A stretch of 64,000 nt of DNA from an uncultured Actinomycetes bacterium (GTDB taxonomy: Bacteria > Actinomycetota > Acidimicrobiia > IMCC26256 > PALSA-610), in contig CAWAJR010000005.1 of NCBI GenBank assembly GCA_963782465.1, forward strand, positions 321,671 to 385,670, written 5' to 3'. Below the pieces are notes generated by a model, which was given only the letters and a program-made list of their open reading frames with translations, had not been told where the DNA came from and ran no database searches. Position 1 is the stretch's first letter. Every line of letters starts with the position of its first letter. Below are positions 58,303 through 64,000 of the stretch, piece by piece. Both the position numbers and the translations under genes were made by a program.

Positions 58303-58760
58303 ATGTGTGCGACAATAACCCGCGAGGGACGATGGGACAACCAAAAGAATCGCTCACCTACCTACTGCAGAAGGCGGCCAAGCGATCACTGGTCGCGCTC
58401 GAGCACGCGCTCGCCGACCTCGATCTCTCGGCGCGCCAGTTCCTGCTGCTGGCGCTGGTCGAGGACCATCAGGACCTGTCGCAACAGGACCTCGCGGCGA
58501 AGCTGGGCGTCGACCCCACCGTCGTGGTGAAGCTGGTCGACCAACTCGAAGCCCGCGACGTGCTCACGCGCACCCGCGCCGCCGACGACCGTCGCCAGCA
58601 CCGTCTCGCCCTCACCGGCAGCGGGCGCGTCCTCCTGAAGGAGGCTGCCGCCCGCCAGCACCGGGCGGAGCGCGACTTCACCCGCGCCCTCGGGACGCGC
58701 CGTGCCGATCTCGTCGCCCTGCTCGCCGAGGCCCTCGAAGGTCGCCCCGAGCCCGCCTGA
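58287..58760 (+). CDS. MarR-family transcriptional regulator
   Basis: LSARQFLLLALVEDHQDLSQQDLAAKLGVDPTVVVKLVDQLEARDVLTRTRAADDRRQHRLALT is a winged HTH. Alternative ATG at 58296. Confidence 0.85.
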   Translation: MNSMIDVCDNNPRGTMGQPKESLTYLLQKAAKRSLVALEHALADLDLSARQFLLLALVEDHQDLSQQDLAAKLGVDPTVVVKLVDQLEARDVLTRTRAADDRRQHRLALTGSGRVLLKEAAARQHRAERDFTRALGTRRADLVALLAEALEGRPEPA

Positions 58761-58770
58761 ACCCCTCCCT

Positions 58771-58818
58771 GGGTTGTGTCGTTTGTACCCCCGTACGGGA
58801 GTACAAACGACACAACCC
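58771..58818. terminator. Long hairpin after marR (18 bp + 3 bp stem, GTAC loop)
   Basis: GGGTTGTGTCGTTTGTAC-C-CCC-GTAC-GGG-A-GTACAAACGACACAACCC. No U-tract follows, so it could equally be a protein-binding palindrome. Confidence 0.4.
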
Positions 58819-58869
58819 GGCTTCGTCGGGACGCCCACCGGCCGGCCCGGGCCTCGTAGTCTCGAACCC

Positions 58870-59772
58870 GTGACCGACCTGCCGCCCCCGCCGCCCGGCC
58901 CGCCCGGCGCGCCACCGCCGCCACCACCGCCCCCTCCTCCGCCGCCCTCCCAGCCGCCGGAACCGCCGCAGGAGCCGCAAGGACCGCCCGGCCCACCGCC
59001 ACCGCCACCACCACCGTCGACACCGCCGCCCGCGCCGGTGCCACCACCCGTGCCACCACCGGTGCCGAACACCTTCCCGCCGTACGCCGTCGCGACGCCC
59101 GCCGACCGGGTACGGCTCGCGTGGCAACGCCGCCACGAAACCGACTACATCTTCAGCTTCTGGACCGCGTTCGGCTGGACGATCCTCACGTGCGGGATCT
59201 ACTCGTTCTACGTGTTCTTCCAGCTGGTGCGTCGCTCCCGCGAGCACAACCTGCGCCGCGTCGAACTGCTCGACGGGGCAAACGCGTTCGCGTGGGAACG
59301 ATGCACGGAACAAGGAATCGCCGACGAACTGCGCCCCGCGTTCGAGCGCATCGCGACCCAGATGACAACGCTGCGCCAGCTCGGCACCGAGTTTCGCGAC
59401 CCGGCGATCTGGTTGGTGATCCTCGTGCTGTCGAGCCTGTTCACGGGCGGCGGTGGGGTGATCGTGCAGATCATCGTCTACATCCTGCTCGACGGCGATC
59501 TCGTCCGGCACGACTACGCGGAAGGCGCGATCGAGGCCGAACTGTCGGCGATCTACGCGAGGCTCGGCGCCACGATCGCGCCTCCTGACCCGGCCCGCTT
59601 GAAGCAGCGTCACAACTATGTGGGCCGCGTGATCGCGACGATCTTCACCTGCGGGATCTACGGCCTCTGGTGGTTGTACGACCTGATGGTCGAAGGCAAC
59701 CGCCACTTCGAGCACAACTGGCGCTGGGAAGACGATCTCGCCCGCAGCGTGCAATCGTTGATCGGCGCCTGA
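58870..59772 (+). CDS. Membrane protein with poly-proline N-terminus and DUF4234-like TCGIY motifs
   Basis: The GTG 58870 reading gives about 60 aa of PPPPP tracts. Then come TM segments with LTCGIYSFYVFF and FTCGIYGLWWLY. Confidence 0.55.
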   Translation: MTDLPPPPPGPPGAPPPPPPPPPPPPSQPPEPPQEPQGPPGPPPPPPPPSTPPPAPVPPPVPPPVPNTFPPYAVATPADRVRLAWQRRHETDYIFSFWTAFGWTILTCGIYSFYVFFQLVRRSREHNLRRVELLDGANAFAWERCTEQGIADELRPAFERIATQMTTLRQLGTEFRDPAIWLVILVLSSLFTGGGGVIVQIIVYILLDGDLVRHDYAEGAIEAELSAIYARLGATIAPPDPARLKQRHNYVGRVIATIFTCGIYGLWWLYDLMVEGNRHFEHNWRWEDDLARSVQSLIGA

Positions 59773-59785
59773 CCGGAGGCTGCCG

Positions 59786-60292
59786 GTGCAACGTCACGAG
59801 TACTCCATCGAGCTCGACGCTTCACCGCCCGACGTGTGGGAGGTGTTCTGGTACCGCGCGCCCGACCGGCCGCAGCCGCGCGACGTGAAGACCCGCATCG
59901 AGATCCTCCACCCCGGCGACGACGCCGGGAACGGTCTCGTCCGCCACTGTTACTTCCCGGTGCCGCGCTGGCTCCTGTCGGGTGGCGTCGGGCAGTCGTG
60001 GGAGTGGCTCACGGAGGTGAAGCCGTGCGAGTCGTGGCGTTACGACGCGGTCGGCAAGCCGCTTTGGTCGCGGGCGACCGGATGGACCCGGCTGGAAGAC
60101 CTCGGTGGTAACCGGACGCGTGTGCACTTCACCGAGGAATACGAAGCGTTCAACCCGGTGATGCGCGTGCTCTTCGAAAAGCGCGTCCACGAAAGCCTGT
60201 CGCGCGACAACGACACGATCCTCGCCGCGTTGAACGGCGGGTTGCGCTGGCACCGGAAGCGCCGGCAGCGTGAAGCGGAGGCGGCCGGGTAG
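59786..60292 (+). CDS. SRPBCC-superfamily (polyketide cyclase/START-like) protein
   Basis: Size, and the N-terminal pattern HEYSIELDASPPDVWEVF typical of SRPBCC. Weak motif-level call. Confidence 0.55.
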   Translation: MQRHEYSIELDASPPDVWEVFWYRAPDRPQPRDVKTRIEILHPGDDAGNGLVRHCYFPVPRWLLSGGVGQSWEWLTEVKPCESWRYDAVGKPLWSRATGWTRLEDLGGNRTRVHFTEEYEAFNPVMRVLFEKRVHESLSRDNDTILAALNGGLRWHRKRRQREAEAAG

Positions 60293-60685
60293 GTGAGCGC
60301 CGGCGCACCGGTAGGAACGGAAGATGCGGCGCGCGAGACGCGCGCCGAGTTGTTCGTCTACGGAACGCTCGTGCCCGGCGGTCGTTATTGGGACGTCGTC
60401 GCCGCCGCGGTCGTCACCCACCGCGCGGCGCGCGTGCACGGCCGGCTGTACGACACCGGCCGTGGGTACCCGGCGGCGACGTTCGACTGTGGGCCGTTGG
60501 AGATCAGCGGCGTCGTCCTCACTGTTTGCGACGCCGCCCGCACGCTCGCGCGCCTCGACCGTTTCGAGGGCGACGAGTACGTACGCCGCGAAGTGGAAAC
60601 CATCGCCGGTGATCGCGTCTGGAGCTACGAATGGCGGTCCGATTTGTACGGGTTCTCGGAGATCGCCGGCGGCGTGTGGTTATAA
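60293..60685 (+). CDS. Gamma-glutamylcyclotransferase (AIG2/GGACT-like)
   Basis: LFVYGTLVPGG, GYPAA, LDRFEGDEYVR. Confidence 0.75.
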   Translation: MSAGAPVGTEDAARETRAELFVYGTLVPGGRYWDVVAAAVVTHRAARVHGRLYDTGRGYPAATFDCGPLEISGVVLTVCDAARTLARLDRFEGDEYVRREVETIAGDRVWSYEWRSDLYGFSEIAGGVWL

Positions 60686-60715
60686 AACGGGCCCCGACAT
60701 GCCGATCTGGTACCG

Positions 60716-61612
60716 ATGGCCTTCGACGGGATCGCGAACATCCAATCTCGCATCGCCGAGATCCAGCAGCAGTTCGACCCTTCGGCGGCATCGACCGACA
60801 CGTCGAACTCGACGACGACCAGCGCGAGCAACAACGTCGCGTTCTCCGACATGCTCGCCGCGGCCTCCGCGATCGGCAGCGACGGCAGCACGACCACGAG
60901 CAGCGCGACCGACGCGACCGGCACGGGGTCCAGTGCCCTGGCCAGTTCCCTTGCCAGTTCGCTCACCGGTTCGTCGGGGAGTTCGCTGAGCACGCTCCTG
61001 CAGGCGCTCACGGGAACGAACACCGGCTCGTCGGCGGGGGGCACGAGCACCGACCCGTTGAGCGCGCTGCTGCAACAACTCACCGGCGTTGCCTCTTCGA
61101 CCGGCTCCAGCGGCCTCGCCGGGTCGAGCAGCCTGGCCGGCTTGACCAGCGCGCCCGGCGCGACGAGCAGCATCGGGGCCGGCACGTCGGCCGCGAACCA
61201 GACGTTCCTGCAGAACGCGCTCGCGCAAGCCGGCGACGCGTACGTGTGGGGCGCGTCGGCCAACCCCGCCGACCCGCACCCCAAAGCGTTCGACTGCTCC
61301 GAGCTGGTGAAGTGGGCCGGCGCCCGCGCCGGGGTGACGATCCCCGACGTCGCGCAGAACCAGTACCTGTGGCTGAAGAACCAGGGCAAGCTGATCCCGG
61401 TGCAGCAGGCGATCAACACGCCCGGGGCGCTGCTGTTCTCGTTCTCGAGCGAACCCTCGCCCGGCAACATGTACCCGTCGCACGCGCATGTCGCGATCAG
61501 CCTCGGGAACGGCAAGACGATCGAAGCCCGCGGCAAGGACTACGGCGTCGGCATCTTCGACGCGGCCAACCGGTTCAACTACGCCGGCGTCGTGCCGGGC
61601 CTCACCGCCTGA
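60716..61612 (+). CDS. NlpC/P60 (C40) peptidoglycan peptidase with Ser/Thr/Gly-rich linker
   Basis: YVWGASANPADPHPKAFDCSELVKWA (catalytic Cys), HVAISLGNGKTIEA (His). Confidence 0.85.
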   Translation: MAFDGIANIQSRIAEIQQQFDPSAASTDTSNSTTTSASNNVAFSDMLAAASAIGSDGSTTTSSATDATGTGSSALASSLASSLTGSSGSSLSTLLQALTGTNTGSSAGGTSTDPLSALLQQLTGVASSTGSSGLAGSSSLAGLTSAPGATSSIGAGTSAANQTFLQNALAQAGDAYVWGASANPADPHPKAFDCSELVKWAGARAGVTIPDVAQNQYLWLKNQGKLIPVQQAINTPGALLFSFSSEPSPGNMYPSHAHVAISLGNGKTIEARGKDYGVGIFDAANRFNYAGVVPGLTA

Positions 61613-61715
61613 CCGCACGGCCGCTCGGCCGCTCGGCCGGCTCGCCGCGGCCACGGCAAGGCCATGGCACGGCACCATTTGCCCGGTACCGACAGGCCTC
61701 GCCTAGCCTCGCCGG

Positions 61716-63354
61716 GTGACGGATGCCGTGGATCACTCGTTCGCCCGGGCCTGGCACGATGTCGCCACGATCGCGCCCGACCGGATCGCGATCGCCTGCG
61801 GGGCCCGGCACCTCACCTACGCGGCGTTCGACGAGCGAGCCGCCCGGTTGGCCGCCTTCCTGCGCGACGGCGGGGTCGGGGAAGGCGACAAGGTCGCGAT
61901 CGAGTGCCTGAACGGGCCCGAGTACCTCGAGTCGTTCTTCGCGGCCCAGAAACTCGGCGCGGTGCCCGTGAACGTGAACTACCGCTACGTCGGGAACGAG
62001 CTTGCCTACCTGCTCGACAACTCCGACGCGGCCGCCATCGTCTTCCACGACGAGTTCGCACCCACCGTCGACGAGGCGCTCGAACTCCTGCCGGCCGAGC
62101 GACGGCCACGGCTCCGGCTGCAGGTCGCGCACGCAGGCGACGGCCGGCTGCACGCGGGCGCGGTTGCGTACGAGGACGCGATCGCGACCGGCGCGTCGAG
62201 CGCGCCCGTCGAACGTGCGCCGAGCGGCGACGACCTCGTGTTCCTCTACACGGGCGGCACGACCGGGTACCCCAAGGCCGTCATGTGGCGGAGCGACGAC
62301 CTCGCGGGTCGCGCTCTGGCAGATGGCGCGGCCCGGCTCGACGCCGCCCGACCCGGCCGCGGCGGTACGGGTGGGGAAGCAGGCGGCCACCGCACTGCCC
62401 GCTTGCCCGCTCATGCACGGCACGGGCCTGTTCATCGCGCTGTCGACGCTCGCCGGAGGGGGCAAGGTCGTGTTGCTCGACGATGCCCGCCTCGACCCGG
62501 AACGGGTGTGGGAGGCGGTCGAGCGAGAGGAGGTCGCGGTGCTCACCATCGTCGGTGATGCGTTCGCGCGGCCGCTCCTCGCCTCCCTCGACGACGAACC
62601 GAACCGCTACGACCTCCACTGCCTGCGCGCGATCACGTCGTCGGGTGTCACGTGGAGCCCCGAGACGAAGCGACGGATGCTCGCGCACCTTCCTTCCGTC
62701 ACCCTCATCGATTCGCTCGGCGCGTCCGAAGGTTTGATGACCCGCACCGAAACGCGCGGCGGTGACGAGATCAAACCGGCGCGTTTCAAGCTGTCGGAAC
62801 GAGTCGTCGTGATCACCGACGACGGTGAGCTCGCGCAACCCGGCGACGGTCGCGTCGGCATGCTCGGCGTCGGTGGTGCGATCCCGCTCGGCTACTACAA
62901 AGACCCGCAGAAGTCGGCGTCGACCTTCCGTACGGTCGGCGGCCGGCGCTATTCGGTGCCGGGCGACTACGCCCTCGTCGAGGACGACGGGTCGATCACG
63001 CTTCTCGGGCGGGGCTCGGCGTGCATCAACACCGGCGGCGAGAAGGTGTACCCCGAAGAGGTCGAGATCGTCTTGCGCGCGCACCCCGACGTGTTCGATT
63101 GCGTCGTCGTGGGCGTGCCCGACGATCGATGGGGCGAGATGGTGGTGGCGTTGATCGAGGCCACACCCGACCACCCGACCGACGGCGAAGTCCTCGCTTC
63201 GCACTGCCGCGCCGAACTGGCAGGCTACAAACGGCCCAAGGAATTCGTGTTCGTCGAGTCGTTACGACGGTCGCCGGCCGGCAAGGCCGACTACAAACTG
63301 TTGCGTGAAGTCGCAGCCCAGCGTGTGCTGGCCCAGCAGGAGGGATCGCGGTGA
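61716..63354 (+). CDS. Acyl-CoA synthetase / AMP-dependent ligase (FadD-like), one frameshift near 62300
   Basis: LFLYTGGTTGYPKAVMW (AMP motif) in ORF 61716-62558. YSVPGDYA, GRGSACINTGGEKVYPEEVE and YKRPKEF in ORF 62002-63354. Confidence 0.85.
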
Positions 63355-63686
63355 GTGTTCCGGAGGTCGGAGCCGAAGAAGCCCAGCAGCTCCTTGCGGA
63401 AGGTGCGCTCCTCCTCGACGTGCGCGAGCACGACGAATGGTCGGCGGGCCATGCAATGGCCGCCGAGTTCCTCCCGCTCGGCGATGTGCCGGCGGCGATG
63501 GACCGCTTGCCGCGCGACCGTCGCATCGTCGCGATCTGCCGTTCGGGCACGCGTTCGGGTCGCATCACCGAGTTCCTCAACCGGCAGGGGTTCGACGTCG
63601 TCAACTTGAGTGGCGGGATGCAGGCCTGGGCCGCGGCCGGCTACGACGTACGCACCGACGACGGCGCCGACGGCATCGTCGCGTAG
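63351..63686 (+). CDS. Rhodanese-domain sulfurtransferase
   Basis: LLDVREHDEWSAGH and active-site loop VAICRSGTRS. 4-nt overlap with the upstream gene. Confidence 0.85.
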   Translation: MSVPEVGAEEAQQLLAEGALLLDVREHDEWSAGHAMAAEFLPLGDVPAAMDRLPRDRRIVAICRSGTRSGRITEFLNRQGFDVVNLSGGMQAWAAAGYDVRTDDGADGIVA

Positions 63687-63704
63687 CACGCGAGGTTCGC
63701 GGGC

Positions 63705-64000
63705 ATGACCGCTCCGTTCGGCGTTCGCCGTCTCGACCTCGACGACCCGGGCGACGTCGCGCTCGGGTGCGCGCTCATCGAGGAGTACGTCACGTTCACC
63801 GCCGACGAGATGGTTCGCCGGGCGGGCATCGAACTCGATGCGGCGACGATCACCCGGCTCGTTCCCGACCTTGCCGACTTCGCGGGCCGTTACCGCGATG
63901 GCGCGTTCCTCCTCGCGACCTCGGGTGAGACCGTCGCCGGTGGTGTCGGTATCACCCGTCTCGACGAACGCGTGTGCGAGATGAACCGGCTCTGGCTGCG
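63705..64000 (+). CDS. Probable GNAT acetyltransferase, N-terminal part (runs off the window)
   Basis: ATG 63705. Hand translation MTAPFGVRRLDLDDPGDV...GETVAGGVGITRLDERVCEMNRLWL resembles the GNAT beta4-alpha3 region. No stop before the window ends. Confidence 0.45.
   Translation, partial: MTAPFGVRRLDLDDPGDVALGCALIEEYVTFTADEMVRRAGIELDAATITRLVPDLADFAGRYRDGAFLLATSGETVAGGVGITRLDERVCEMNRLWL

Noticed and set aside
58386-59072. Glycine-rich PE-PGRS-like ORFs (also 22938-23222)
   Set aside because: They are the reverse complement of poly-proline coding tracts (CCN repeats read as GGN). No N-terminal PE/PPE-like domain is present.
1-64000. CRISPR arrays, rRNA genes, intact tRNAs, transposase/IS elements
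   Set aside because: I saw no regularly spaced repeat-spacer array, rRNA-like conserved blocks, complete cloverleaf or DDE/IS-type ORF while reading both strands. The tandem repeats present (34 bp x 2.3, 9 bp x 4) are too short and lack spacers.

Overview
High-GC, actinobacterial-type chromosome segment: two WhiB genes, F420/LLM oxidoreductases, a SigE-type ECF cluster with HtrA and TatA, a SenX3/RegX3-like Pho system, ppk1 with mutT1-like genes, and sdhCAB. Bases 1 to about 15270 are the right-hand part of an integrated mobilizable island. It carries a tyrosine integrase, two HTH genes, a MobF relaxase-helicase, a type I R-M with no HsdS, a GmrSD-like remnant and an AbiEii-like NTase fragment. 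The island ends at an orphan 3' fragment of tRNA-fMet. Between the integrase and that att-like fragment lies a same-strand cargo cluster I cannot assign to any described system. It has an unknown soluble protein, a small 3-TM protein, a ~730-aa protein with an N-terminal phosphoribosyltransferase-like domain, and an overlapping ComEC-type metallo-beta-lactamase hydrolase. This is my top candidate for a new defence or conflict system. Caveat: almost every island gene needs frame corrections. By eye that is roughly one per 0.5 kb, against one per ~7 kb in the core. The sites I inspected are homopolymer or short-repeat contractions, so this may be assembly error, real decay, or both. The rest of the window (15.3-64 kb) is ordinary core metabolism and regulation, with several sequence-level regulatory signals: PHO-box direct repeats, two GGAAC-N17-CGTT ECF promoters, leaderless promoters, tandem repeats and long palindromes. 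A DUF559 gene there is bracketed by two copies of a ~55-bp palindromic element. No rRNA, CRISPR array or intact tRNA was seen. All calls rest on motif recognition by eye; no searches were run.
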